Source of the DNA: a bacterium
GTDB lineage: Bacteria > Chloroflexota > Dormibacteria > Aeolococcales > Bog-877
Reading direction: 5' to 3'
Assembly: GCA_021802045.1 (NCBI GenBank)
Contig: JAKABB010000002.1
Span: forward strand, 17,681 to 81,680
Length of the DNA stretch: 64,000 nt
A program made the position numbers and the translations under genes. The notes below the pieces were generated by a model. That model was not told where the DNA came from and searched no databases. It saw only the letters and a program-made list of their open reading frames with translations. This document shows, one piece after another, positions 30,578 to 46,839 of this stretch. Position 1 is the stretch's first letter. Each line of letters begins with the position of its first letter.

Positions 30578-30607
30578 TTGCGGCGGACCCCACCGACGCC
30601 CTAAGAT
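30578..30607 (+). promoter_or_regulatory. Housekeeping-sigma promoter of groESL (TTGCGG-18-TAAGAT)
   Basis: -35 at 30578-83 and -10 at 30602-07, immediately before CIRCE. Confidence 0.6.
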
Positions 30608-30609
30608 TG

Positions 30610-30636
30610 TTAGCACTCTCCACTCTTGAGTGCTAA
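30610..30636 (+). promoter_or_regulatory. CIRCE element (HrcA operator)
   Basis: Perfect consensus TTAGCACTC-N9-GAGTGCTAA upstream of groES. Confidence 0.97.
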
Positions 30637-30657
30637 TGACGCGGAGGAACCTGACAT

Positions 30658-30969
30658 ATGGCCCTGAAGCTTCGCCCCCTTGCCGACCGGGTAGTGGTCA
30701 AGCCCGTGGAGCGGGACGAGATGACCAAGAGCGGCATCGTGCTGCCTGACACCGCCAAGGAGAAGCCCCAGGAGGGGCTGATCGAGGCCGTCGGCAACGG
30801 CAAGTACAACGAGCAGACCGGGCAGCGGATCGCCCTCGACGTGGCGGTCGGCGACCGGGTCATCTACGCCAAGTACTCCGGCTCCGAGGTCAAGATCGAC
30901 GAGCAGGACTACCTCATCCTGTCGGAGCGGGACATCCTGGCCGTCGTCGCCAGCAACGGCGTCGCCTGA
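30658..30969 (+). CDS. groES: Co-chaperonin GroES
   Basis: [39 protein letters not shown]. Confidence 0.98.
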   Translation: MALKLRPLADRVVVKPVERDEMTKSGIVLPDTAKEKPQEGLIEAVGNGKYNEQTGQRIALDVAVGDRVIYAKYSGSEVKIDEQDYLILSERDILAVVASNGVA

Positions 30970-30989
30970 TCCACTGATCCCCCGTCGCA

Positions 30990-31019
30990 CCGCCGACCGG
31001 CCCCGGGGCCGGTCGGCGG
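30990..31019. repeat. Perfect 30-bp palindrome in the groES-groEL spacer
   Basis: CCGCCGACCGGCCCC|GGGGCCGGTCGGCGG. Confidence 0.9.
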
Positions 31020-31052
31020 GCGCGGATGCCACCATCCTCTGGAGGAGGAGCC

Positions 31053-32744
<1,692 letters not shown>

Positions 32745-32763
32745 AACCGGGGAGAATGGGCCT

Positions 32764-33674
32764 GTGTCCCAGCAGGGTGCGCTGACCGTTGCCGTCGCCC
32801 AGTACGCGCCCGCGGTTGGGGACCGGCGGGGCAACCTGGAGCTCGGCTCGGCCTGGGTCCGGCGGGCGGCGGAGGCCGGTGCTCAGCTCGTCGTCCTGCC
32901 GGAGCTGGCCACATCCGGGTATACCTTCAGCAGTGAGCCGGAGGCGGCGGCGGCGGCCGAGGCTCTCGACGGCGACGGAGCGATCGCCGCCTGGCAGGCG
33001 CTCTGCCACGAGCTGCAGCTCTACGTGGTCGCCGGCGTCAACGAGCGCGTCACCGATCGCGAGCGCTTCAACAGCGCGGTGCTGCTGGGCCCTGACGGCC
33101 GGGTCGGCCTTTACCGCAAGGCCCACCTCTTCTTCGAGGAGTCTTTCTACTTCCAGCCCGGCGACCTGCCGTTCCCGGTCTTCGACCTGCCCTTCGGCCG
33201 GGTGGGGATGCTGGTCTGTTACGACCTGTGGTTCCCCGAGGCCGCCCGGGCCCTGGCCCTCCAGGGAGCCGACCTGATCGCCGTCCCCACCAACTGGGTC
33301 GCCAACTTCCGCCGGCGCCCCGTCGACGACCACGGGTGGACCATGGGCAACTACGCCGCCGTGGGCGTGGCCACTCAGAACCAGGTGTTCGTGGCCGCCG
33401 CCGATCGGATCGGGGAGGAGCGCGGAGTGGAGTTCGTCGGGTGCAGCTGCGTCGTGGCCCCCGACGGCTCGATGCTGGCCGGGCCGGCGGCGCGCGACCG
33501 GGAGACGCTCTTGGTGGTGCGAGTCGACCTGGAGGAGGCTCGACGCGCCAAGGCTCGCACCCCGCACAACCACACCCTCGGGGATCGGCGTCCGGACCTC
33601 TACGCGGCGGCCGCAGCCCGGGCCGCGGTGGCGGACGCCCTGGCCCCCAGCGCGCCCCCGGCCGTCGCGGCCCG

Positions 33675-33678
<4 letters not shown>
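32764..33678 (+). CDS. Carbon-nitrogen hydrolase (nitrilase superfamily)
   Basis: Catalytic triad E (LPEL), K (YRKAHL), C (VCYDLWFPE); DRRPDLY. Confidence 0.9.
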
Positions 33679-38470
<4,792 letters not shown>

Positions 38471-38627
38471 GGGACCTCCGCGAACGTGCCCATCATGACG
38501 GGGCCCTGGTCTGGGCTGGGCGCCGGGCCGGCGGCCGGCCGGGGCGGACCTCCTGGGCGGCATAATTCGAGGGGGGTCGGCGGGGCCGCGGGCCGCCGTG
38601 GCCGCTGGTCCCGGCTGGAGGTTGGGC

Positions 38628-38912
38628 ATGCCCATCGATCTGGACACGGTCGCGCACGTGGCCGCCCTGGCCCGCCTCGGCCTCAGCCCGGCGGAGCTGG
38701 AGCAGGCGCGCGAGCAGCTGAGCGCCATCCTCGATGCCGTCGACCGGCTGCAGGCGGCGGACACCGCGAGCGTGGCCCCGACCGCCCAGGTGGGCGATCT
38801 GCGCAACGTGATGCGCGCCGACGAGGCGCGGCCGTCGCTGCCGGTGGCGGCCGCCCTGGCCAATGCCGGTGGCCGCCAGGAGGGGCTGCTGCGCGTGCCC
38901 GCCATCCAGTGA
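38628..38912 (+). CDS. gatC: Asp/Glu-tRNA amidotransferase subunit C
   Basis: VAHVAALARL, NVMRAD, LANA, RVPAI. Confidence 0.93.
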   Translation: MPIDLDTVAHVAALARLGLSPAELEQAREQLSAILDAVDRLQAADTASVAPTAQVGDLRNVMRADEARPSLPVAAALANAGGRQEGLLRVPAIQ

Positions 38913-40384
38913 GCGCCGCCGAGCCGACCGCGGCCGAGCTAGGGCGGCGCCTGCGCGCGGGCGAGGTCTCCGCCCGCCAGCTCACCGAGGCGGCGCTGGC
39001 GCGGATCTCGGCCCGGGACGGCCGGCTGCGCGCCTTCCTGCGCACCAGCCCGGAACGGGCCCTGGTGGCGGCGGACGCGGCCGACCGACGCCTGCGCGAG
39101 GACCCGGGGGCCGCTCCGCCGCTCTGCGGCGTGCCCATGGCCGTCAAGGACGTGCTCTGCACCGAGGGCGTCGAGACCACGGCCGGGAGCCGGATCCTGG
39201 AGGGGTTCGTGCCTCCCTACACGGCGACGGCCGTGGCCCGTCTGGAGGCGGCCGGGGCCATCTGTCTGGGCAAGCTGAACTGCGACGAGTTCGCCATGGG
39301 CAGCTCGACGGAGAACTCGGCCTACCAGACCACCGCCAACCCCTGGGACCTGCAGCGGGTCCCCGGCGGCAGCAGCGGGGGCTCGGCGGCCGCGGTGGCC
39401 GGCGGCCTGGTGCCGATCACGCTGGGCACCGACACCGGCGGATCCATCCGCCAGCCCGCGGCGCTTTGCGGCACGGTCGGGTTCAAGCCCACCTACGGCC
39501 GGGTCAGCCGCTACGGGCTCATCGCGTTCGCCAGCTCCCTGGACCAGGTGGGGCCCCTGGCCCGGAGCGTGGAGGACGCGGCCATGGCCTACGCCGCCGT
39601 CGCCGGCCATGACCCCCTGGACGCCACCAGCCTGCCGGAGCCGGTGCCGGACCCGATGGGGACGCTGCGGGGTCCGGTGCGTGGCCTGCGCCTCGGCGTG
39701 CCGCACGAGTACCTGGCCCAGGACCTGGAGCCCGGGGTGCGGGCGGCCTTCGACGCGGCCTGCGTCGTGCTCACCGACCTGGGCGCGGAGCTGGTGGAGG
39801 TCCACCTGCCCCACACCGACCTGGCCCTGGCCGCCTACTACGTCCTGGCGCCAGCGGAGGCCAGCAGTAACCTGGCCCGCATGGATGGACTGCGCTTCGG
39901 CCCCGGGGCTCCGGGCAGCCGGACGCTGCGCGAGGCCTACCAGCGGACCCGGCACGACGGCTTCGGGCCCGAGGTCCGGCGCCGGGTCATGCTGGGCACC
40001 TACGCCCTCAGCAGCGGCTACTACGACGCCTACTACCGGCGGGCCCAGCAGGTGCGCACCCTGGTCGCCCGCGACTTCACCCAGGCCTTCGCGACGGTCG
40101 ACGCGATCGTCTCCCCGACCTCGCCGACGGTGGCCTTCCCGCTGGGGGCGCGCACCCGGGACCCCCTGGCCATGTACGCCTGTGACATCCTCACGCTGCC
40201 CTGCAACCTGGCCGGCATCCCGGGCATCAGCGTGCCGGCGGGGTTCAGCGAGGGCCTCCCCGTGGGCCTGCAGGTCCTGGCTCCCGCCGGTGAGGATGCC
40301 CGCTGTCTGCGGGTGGCCGCGTCCTACGAGGCGGCCACCTCGTGGGCTGCCACCGGGCCCCCGCTCGAGGAGGCGGCGGTATGA
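38909..40384 (+). CDS. gatA: Asp/Glu-tRNA amidotransferase subunit A
   Basis: AVKD, NCDEFAMGSSTE, PGGSSGGS, GTDTGGSIRQPA, LSSGYYDAYY. Confidence 0.97.
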   Translation: MSAAEPTAAELGRRLRAGEVSARQLTEAALARISARDGRLRAFLRTSPERALVAADAADRRLREDPGAAPPLCGVPMAVKDVLCTEGVETTAGSRILEGFVPPYTATAVARLEAAGAICLGKLNCDEFAMGSSTENSAYQTTANPWDLQRVPGGSSGGSAAAVAGGLVPITLGTDTGGSIRQPAALCGTVGFKPTYGRVSRYGLIAFASSLDQVGPLARSVEDAAMAYAAVAGHDPLDATSLPEPVPDPMGTLRGPVRGLRLGVPHEYLAQDLEPGVRAAFDAACVVLTDLGAELVEVHLPHTDLALAAYYVLAPAEASSNLARMDGLRFGPGAPGSRTLREAYQRTRHDGFGPEVRRRVMLGTYALSSGYYDAYYRRAQQVRTLVARDFTQAFATVDAIVSPTSPTVAFPLGARTRDPLAMYACDILTLPCNLAGIPGISVPAGFSEGLPVGLQVLAPAGEDARCLRVAASYEAATSWAATGPPLEEAAV

Positions 40385-41874
40385 CCGCGCTCCCCGCGGT
40401 CGCGCCGGTGGGTAGGGCCGCGGAGTTCGAGGCGGTCATCGGCCTCGAGGTCCACGTTCAGCTGCTGACGCGCACCAAGATGTTCTGCGGGTGCGCCGCC
40501 ACCTACCTGGGCTTACCGCCCAACAGCAACACCTGCCCGGTGTGCCTGGGCCTGCCGGGCACCCTGCCGGTCATCAACCAGGAGGCGGTGGCGCTGACGC
40601 TGCGCACGGCCCTGGCGCTGCAGTGCGAGATCCCGAAGTTCTCCAAGTTCGACCGCAAGAACTACTTCTATCCGGACCTGCCCAAGGGCTACCAGATCTC
40701 CCAGTACGACCTGCCGCTCTCCCAGCGGGGCTGGCTGGAGTTCGAGGTCGCAGGGGTGGAGCGGGCGGCCGGCATCACCCGGGTGCACCTGGAGGAGGAT
40801 GCCGGCAAGCTGCTGCACGAGGGGGAGCTGGGCAGCGCCGACCACTCTCTGGTCGACCTGAACCGGGCCGGCGTCCCCCTCATGGAGGTGGTGGGGGAGC
40901 CCGACCTGCGATCCCCGGCCGAGGCCCGGGCCTACGTGACCGCGCTGCGCCAGCTGCTGATGTACATCGGGGTGACCGACGGGAACATGGAGGAGGGCAG
41001 CCTGCGCTGCGACGCCAACATCTCCCTGCGCCCGGCCGGGAGCCAGGCCCTGGGCGTCAAGGTCGAGGTCAAGAACATGAACTCCTTCCGCAGTGTGCAG
41101 CGGGCCCTGGAGTTCGAGATCGAGCGCCAGGCGGGACTGCTGCGGGCGGGGGAGCCGGTGGAGCAGGCGACGCGCGGCTGGAGCGAGCCCGAGGGGCGCA
41201 CCGTGCCCCAGCGCAGCAAGGAGGAGGCGGAGGACTACCGCTACTTCCCCGAGCCCGACCTGCCCCCGCTGGTCATCGCCCGCGAGCAGGTCGAGGCCAT
41301 CCGATCGGCTCTGCCCGAGCTCCCCCGGGCCCGCCGGCTGCGGCTGCAGCAGGATCACGGGGTCAGCGCCGCCGAGGCCCACCTGCTCACGGCGCGCGCA
41401 CCCGAGGCCGACTACTTCGAGGCGGTGGTCGCCGCCGGCGCCCCCCCCAAGCTGGCCGCCACCTGGCAGCTGAACGAGCTGGCCGGGCTCTGCCAGCGCC
41501 ACCACCGCCCCCTGGAGGCCAGCGGCCTGGCCCCGGAGCGGCTGGCGGCGCTGCTGAGCCTGGTCGAGGCGGGGACCATCAACGGCGGCACCGCCAAGGA
41601 GCTGCTGGCGGAGGGGATCGAGACCGGGGCGGACCCCGCTCGGCTGGCCGGCGAGCGCCAGCTGAGCCAGGTCAGCGACGCCGCCGCCCTGACGGCCATC
41701 GTCGAGGAGGTGCTGCAGGCGCAGCCCCGGGCGGGGCGGGACTTCCAGGCCGGCAACGACCGTGCCCTGGGGGCGCTCGTCGGCGCCGTCATGGCCCGGA
41801 CCCGGGGCCGGGCCAACGCGCGCCTGGTCGACCGGCTTCTCCGCGAGCGGCTGCCCCGGGACCCCGGTCCCTGA
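40381..41874 (+). CDS. gatB: Asp/Glu-tRNA amidotransferase subunit B
   Basis: IGLEVH, RKNYFYPDLPKGYQISQ, HLEEDAGK, DYRYFPEPDLP. Confidence 0.98.
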   Translation: MTALPAVAPVGRAAEFEAVIGLEVHVQLLTRTKMFCGCAATYLGLPPNSNTCPVCLGLPGTLPVINQEAVALTLRTALALQCEIPKFSKFDRKNYFYPDLPKGYQISQYDLPLSQRGWLEFEVAGVERAAGITRVHLEEDAGKLLHEGELGSADHSLVDLNRAGVPLMEVVGEPDLRSPAEARAYVTALRQLLMYIGVTDGNMEEGSLRCDANISLRPAGSQALGVKVEVKNMNSFRSVQRALEFEIERQAGLLRAGEPVEQATRGWSEPEGRTVPQRSKEEAEDYRYFPEPDLPPLVIAREQVEAIRSALPELPRARRLRLQQDHGVSAAEAHLLTARAPEADYFEAVVAAGAPPKLAATWQLNELAGLCQRHHRPLEASGLAPERLAALLSLVEAGTINGGTAKELLAEGIETGADPARLAGERQLSQVSDAAALTAIVEEVLQAQPRAGRDFQAGNDRALGALVGAVMARTRGRANARLVDRLLRERLPRDPGP

Positions 41875-43130
41875 CGCGGCTCCGGCCCGGCGACGCCCTG
41901 ACCCTGGAGCTGGGGCCGGCGGGGCATCGCGGCGTCTGCGTGGCGCATCACGACGGCCAACCCGTCTTCGTCCACGGCGGCCTCCCGGGCGAGCGGGTGG
42001 CGGCCCGGGTGACCCGCGTCCGCTCACGGCACGCCTTCGCCGCCGTGGAGCGGGTGCTGACGGCGTCCCCCGACCGGGTGGAGGCCCCGTGCCCGTACTA
42101 CGGCACCTGCGGCGGCTGCCACTGGCAGCACGCCGCCTACCCGCGCCAGCTGGCGATCAAGGAGCAGGTGGTCCGCCAGGCCCTGGAGCGCGCGGGCCTG
42201 GACCTGGGGACGGTAGCGGTCGACCGGGTGGCCGCCCCCGCGCCCTGGCGCTACCGCTGGCGGGGAGAGTTCCATCGGGTGGGGGCGCTGGCCGATGCCG
42301 AGCTGGGCTTCACGGCCCGGGACCGCTACCAGCGCATCCCGGTGGCGGACTGCCTCATCCACCACCAGACCATCGCCGCCGCCCTGCCCGCCCTGCGGGA
42401 GGGCCTGCGCCGTGCCGGGCGGGAGGCCCTCACCACCTTGCACCTCACGGTGGGCGGCGGAGGGACGGAGCTGCTGGTCGCGCCCCGGCCCCCGGGCGCG
42501 ACCCGCTCCGGGTTCCCGACCGTGGTCGCCGCCCGCCTCCCGGCCCCGATCCGCCTGACCACGGAGGCGACGGCGGTCCGGTACCGGGACCTCGAGTTCC
42601 GGGTCTGGCCCGAGGCCTTCCTGCAGGTCAATCAGGGCCAGCTGCCCCAGCTCTACGAGACGGTGGTGGACTGGCTCGGGGTCGACGCGGCCCCCGGGGG
42701 CACGGTGGTCGACGCCTACGCGGGGATCGGCATCCTCAGCTGCCGGCTGGCGCAGACGGCCGGGCGGGTGCTGGCGATCGAGTCGAACCCGATGGCGGCG
42801 CGCCTCTGCCGGCTCCACGCCGAGCTCAACCAGCTGCCCAACCTGCACGTCCAGGGCGGGACCGTCGAGGAGGCGCTGCCCCGGGCGGAGGCCGTGGGGG
42901 CGGTGGTCCTGGATCCCCCCCGGGCCGGCTGCGCCCCGGCGGTCACCGGCTGGCTGGCGCTGGCCGGGCCACCGGTCGTCGTCTACATCAGCTGCGAACC
43001 GGCCTCGCTGGCGCGGGACCTCCACTGCCTGGTGGCCCTGGGCCCGTACCAGCTCCAGCGCCTGCGGGTGGTGGACTGCTTCCCGCAGACGTACCACGTG
43101 GAGACGGTGGCGCTCCTCACCCGCCGGTGA
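41871..43130 (+). CDS. rlmD: TRAM-domain RNA uracil-5-methyltransferase (RlmD/TrmA family)
   Basis: TRAM (GLPGE), CPYYGTCGGC, FLQVN, DPPRAG, YISC, FPQTYHVE; start inferred at CTG 41871. Confidence 0.85.
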   Translation: MTRLRPGDALTLELGPAGHRGVCVAHHDGQPVFVHGGLPGERVAARVTRVRSRHAFAAVERVLTASPDRVEAPCPYYGTCGGCHWQHAAYPRQLAIKEQVVRQALERAGLDLGTVAVDRVAAPAPWRYRWRGEFHRVGALADAELGFTARDRYQRIPVADCLIHHQTIAAALPALREGLRRAGREALTTLHLTVGGGGTELLVAPRPPGATRSGFPTVVAARLPAPIRLTTEATAVRYRDLEFRVWPEAFLQVNQGQLPQLYETVVDWLGVDAAPGGTVVDAYAGIGILSCRLAQTAGRVLAIESNPMAARLCRLHAELNQLPNLHVQGGTVEEALPRAEAVGAVVLDPPRAGCAPAVTGWLALAGPPVVVYISCEPASLARDLHCLVALGPYQLQRLRVVDCFPQTYHVETVALLTRR

Positions 43131-43218
43131 GGCCCGGCAGCGGGCTGGGGCACCGCCGGAGGCGGTCGGGTTCTCGGATACTGGGTCGGTCCTGCCCGCC
43201 GCCCCCAGCCGGAGCCGC

Positions 43219-46200
43219 ATGAGCGACCCTCAGTTCGTCCATCTCCACGCCCACACCGAGTTCTCGCTCCTGGACGGCGCGGCCCGGATCGGGGGCATGG
43301 TGGGGCGGGCGGCCGAGCTCGGGATGCCGGCCATCGCCATGACCGACCACGGCAACCTGTCCGGGGCGATCGAGTTCTACGAGGCGGCCCGGGGCGCCGG
43401 CATCCAGCCGATCATCGGCTGCGAGGTCTACGTCGCGGCCCGGTCACGCCACCAGAAGGAGGGTCGGGCCGATCGCGATCCCTCCCACCTCGTGCTCCTG
43501 GCCAGGGACGCGACGGGCTACGCCAACCTCGTCAAGCTGGTCAGCCGGGCCCATCTCGAGGGCTACTACTACAAGCCACGCATCGACCGCGAGCTGCTGG
43601 GGGAGCTGGCGCAGGGGCTGATCGGCCTCTCCGGCTGCATCGGGGGCGAGGTGCCTCAGCGGCTGCTGGCCGGGGATGCCGCTGGGGCCGAGGCCCGGGC
43701 CCGGGAGTACGCGGAGATCCTCGGGCCCGACAACTACTTCCTGGAGCTGCAGGACCACCAGATGGAGGAGGAGGCGGTGGTGCGTGAGGGCCTGCTCACG
43801 CTGGCCCGCCGCACCGGGCTGCCCTTGGTGGCGACCAACGACCTGCACTACGTCGCGCCCGAGGACCAGGAAGCCCATGACATCCTGCTCTGCATCCAGA
43901 CCGGGTCGCGTCTGAATGATGCCCAGCGGCTCCGCTTCGCCGGCCCCCACTTCTACCTGGCCACCGCCCAGGAGATGGCCGCCCGCTTCGCCAGCTGCCT
44001 GGAGGCCGTCAGCAACACCGTGGCGGTCGCCGCGCGGTGCCGGTTCGAGCCCGCGCTCGAGCAGCACCTGCTGCCCAGGTACCCTCTGCCGCCGGGCCAG
44101 GACGCCGACGGGGTGCTGCGCCAGGAGGCGCTGGCCGGGCTGGAGGCGCGCTACGGCCGCGACGGGATCACCGACACCCATCGCCGGCGCCTGGAGGAGG
44201 AGCTGGCCGTCATCCGCGAGACGGGCTTCGCCGCCTACTTCCTCATCGTGTGGGACCTGATCCGTGCCGCCCGGGCCGACGGGGTCAAGGTCGGGCCCGG
44301 GCGAGGCTCCGCCTCCGGGAGCCTGGTGGCCTATGCGCTCCAGATCACCGGGGTCGACCCGATCCGCTACGGGCTGATCTTCGAACGCTTCCTCAACCGG
44401 GAGCGGGTCTCGATGCCCGACATCGACATCGACTTCGACGTCCAGGGACGGGGCCGGGTGATCGACTACGTGGCCCGCAAGTACGGGCAGGACCGCGTGG
44501 CCCAGATCGTCACCTTCGGCACCATGGCCGCCCGCGCCGCCCTGCGGGACGTGGGCCGGGTCATGGACGTGCCGCTGCCTGACGTGGACCGACTGGCCAA
44601 GCTGGTCCCGGCCCGACCGGGGATGACCCTGGAGGTGGCGCTCCGGGACAGCCGTGAGCTGCGGGCCCTGCACGAGCAGGAGCAGTGGGCCCAGCGGGTG
44701 GTGGAGAACGCCCGCCGGCTGGAGGGGATCACGCGCAACGCCGGCACCCACGCCGGCGGGGTGGTGATCGCGCCCGGGCCCCTGGAGGAGTACGTCCCCC
44801 TGCAGCGCGCGACCACCACCCGCGAGGGCATCGTGACCCAGTTCGACATGGTCGGGGTGCAGCGCATCGGCCTCTTGAAGATGGACTTCCTGGGCCTGGA
44901 GAACCTCACCATCCTCGACGATGCCCTGGGCAACATCCAGCAGACCACCGGGCAGCGCATCGACCTGGAGACGCTGCCGCTGGACGACGGGCCGACGTAC
45001 GAGCTGCTCTCGCGCGGCGACACCCTGGGCGTCTTCCAGATGGAGGGGGACGGGGCCAAGCGCATCCTGGCCGACATGCGCCCGCGCTCGATCGAGGACC
45101 TGGCCGCGGCGGGGGCGCTCAACCGGCCCGGACCCATCGAGGGCGGGGTCATCGACCTCTACATGCGGCGGCGCCGGGGCGAGGAGCCGATCACCTACCA
45201 CCACCCCGCGCTGGAGCCGATCCTGCGGGAGACCCACGGGGTGATCGTCTACCAGGACCAGGTCATGCAGATCGCCGCGGCGGTGGCCGGCTTCAGCCTG
45301 GGCGCCGCGGACGTGCTGCGAGCGGCCATGGGCAAGAAGGACAAGGCCAAGATGGCGGCCCAGCGCGACAGCTTCCTGCGGGGCGCGGCGGAGCGGGGGG
45401 TCGCCCCGGCGACCGCGGAGGCCCTCTTCGATTACATCGACCGCTTCGCCGGGTACGGGTTCAACAAGGCCCACGCGGTGGCCTACGCCGTCATCAGCTA
45501 CCAGACCGCCTACTTCAAGGCCAACCACCCCCTGGAGTACATGGCGGCCCTGCTCAACAGCAAGGCCGGCGACTCCGACCGTCTCAAGCGGGCCATCCTC
45601 GACGCCCGGGCGCACGACATCCAGGTCTCGCTCCCGGACGTCAACCGGTCGCGGGCCGCCTTCTCGGTGGCACCGTCCGGGACCGGGACCCCGGGCACGC
45701 CGCCGCCGCGGGTGATCCTGTACGGCCTGCAGCACATCAAGAACGTGGGGGAGCAGGTGGCGCACAAGATCGTCGCCGCCCGGGAGGCCGGCGGCCCCTT
45801 CCGATCCCTCTTGGACCTGTGCTGCCGGGTCAGCCCCCGCGACCTCAACCGCCGCGTCCTGGACACACTGGTCCGGTCAGGGGCCTGTGACCAGCTGGGC
45901 GAGCGGGCCCAGCTCCTGGCCCAGGTGGACTCGGCGGTGCGTCGCGCCGACCGCCTGGCGGCGGAACGCCTCTCCGGGCAGACGTCCCTCTTCACCGCCC
46001 TGGGCCAGGATGCGCCCGCCGACGGGCCGGCCGCGGCGGTGGCGGTCCTGGAGGAGCTGCCCTCCCTGCCCTCGGTGGACCCGGCGTCGATGCGGGAACG
46101 GCTCAGCTGGGAGCGGGAGCTGCTGGGGATGTACGTCAGCGATGATCCGCTGCGCCGGATGGGGGACCGGCTGCGCGCGCGCACCGACACCGAGCTGGCC

Positions 46201-46839
46201 GAGCTGCCCCGCCTCCACGGGCTGCAGGTGCAGGTCGGCGGCGCCATCCGCGATTGCCGCCGGGTCCAGAGCCGCCGCGGCGGGGCGATGGCCTTCCTGC
46301 AGCTCGAGGACCCGACGGGCACCTGCGAGGTGGTGGTCTTCCCGGCCCTCTACGGGGAGGTGGCCGCGGTGCTGGAGCCCGACGCCTTCGTGGTGGTGGC
46401 GGGGCGCGCCGAGATCGGCGCCCGAGGCCCGGCGGGCCCGGCCCCCGGTGCCGGCACGGCCGGCGCGGACGAGGGCGACGACGGCGCCGGGGAGACGCCC
46501 CGGGTGGTGGCCGACGCCGTCTTCGCCCTGGACGATGCCCGGCTCGACGGTTGGATCGGGCAGGGCGTGATCCACATCCGCAGCGCCGACGGCAGCCGGG
46601 CCTGGCTGGAGCAGCTGGCCGCCGTCCTGCGCCAGCACCCGGGAGCGGCCCCGGTGACCCTGCACCTGCGGACCGGGCGCGACGAGCACGAGATCGACCT
46701 TGGCGCCCAGCACGGCTGCCAGCCGTCGCCGGCCCTGGAGCGGGCGGTGGCCGAGCTCTGCGGGGCCGACGCCTACCACCTCGAGCGCATCCGCCCGACC
46801 GCCCCGGTGCGCGCCGCCCCCGGCCGCCCGAGGGGATGA
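43219..46839 (+). CDS. dnaE: DNA polymerase III alpha subunit
   Basis: PHP domain HLHAHTEFSLLDG, TDHG; GRGSASGS, PDIDIDF, KMDFLGL, YGFNKAH; OB fold. Confidence 0.98.
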   Translation: MSDPQFVHLHAHTEFSLLDGAARIGGMVGRAAELGMPAIAMTDHGNLSGAIEFYEAARGAGIQPIIGCEVYVAARSRHQKEGRADRDPSHLVLLARDATGYANLVKLVSRAHLEGYYYKPRIDRELLGELAQGLIGLSGCIGGEVPQRLLAGDAAGAEARAREYAEILGPDNYFLELQDHQMEEEAVVREGLLTLARRTGLPLVATNDLHYVAPEDQEAHDILLCIQTGSRLNDAQRLRFAGPHFYLATAQEMAARFASCLEAVSNTVAVAARCRFEPALEQHLLPRYPLPPGQDADGVLRQEALAGLEARYGRDGITDTHRRRLEEELAVIRETGFAAYFLIVWDLIRAARADGVKVGPGRGSASGSLVAYALQITGVDPIRYGLIFERFLNRERVSMPDIDIDFDVQGRGRVIDYVARKYGQDRVAQIVTFGTMAARAALRDVGRVMDVPLPDVDRLAKLVPARPGMTLEVALRDSRELRALHEQEQWAQRVVENARRLEGITRNAGTHAGGVVIAPGPLEEYVPLQRATTTREGIVTQFDMVGVQRIGLLKMDFLGLENLTILDDALGNIQQTTGQRIDLETLPLDDGPTYELLSRGDTLGVFQMEGDGAKRILADMRPRSIEDLAAAGALNRPGPIEGGVIDLYMRRRRGEEPITYHHPALEPILRETHGVIVYQDQVMQIAAAVAGFSLGAADVLRAAMGKKDKAKMAAQRDSFLRGAAERGVAPATAEALFDYIDRFAGYGFNKAHAVAYAVISYQTAYFKANHPLEYMAALLNSKAGDSDRLKRAILDARAHDIQVSLPDVNRSRAAFSVAPSGTGTPGTPPPRVILYGLQHIKNVGEQVAHKIVAAREAGGPFRSLLDLCCRVSPRDLNRRVLDTLVRSGACDQLGERAQLLAQVDSAVRRADRLAAERLSGQTSLFTALGQDAPADGPAAAVAVLEELPSLPSVDPASMRERLSWERELLGMYVSDDPLRRMGDRLRARTDTELAELPRLHGLQVQVGGAIRDCRRVQSRRGGAMAFLQLEDPTGTCEVVVFPALYGEVAAVLEPDAFVVVAGRAEIGARGPAGPAPGAGTAGADEGDDGAGETPRVVADAVFALDDARLDGWIGQGVIHIRSADGSRAWLEQLAAVLRQHPGAAPVTLHLRTGRDEHEIDLGAQHGCQPSPALERAVAELCGADAYHLERIRPTAPVRAAPGRPRG

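Noticed and set aside
43219..46839. Intein in DnaE (or in PolA, PcrA, LigA)
   Set aside because: Lengths are normal and no splicing motifs were seen
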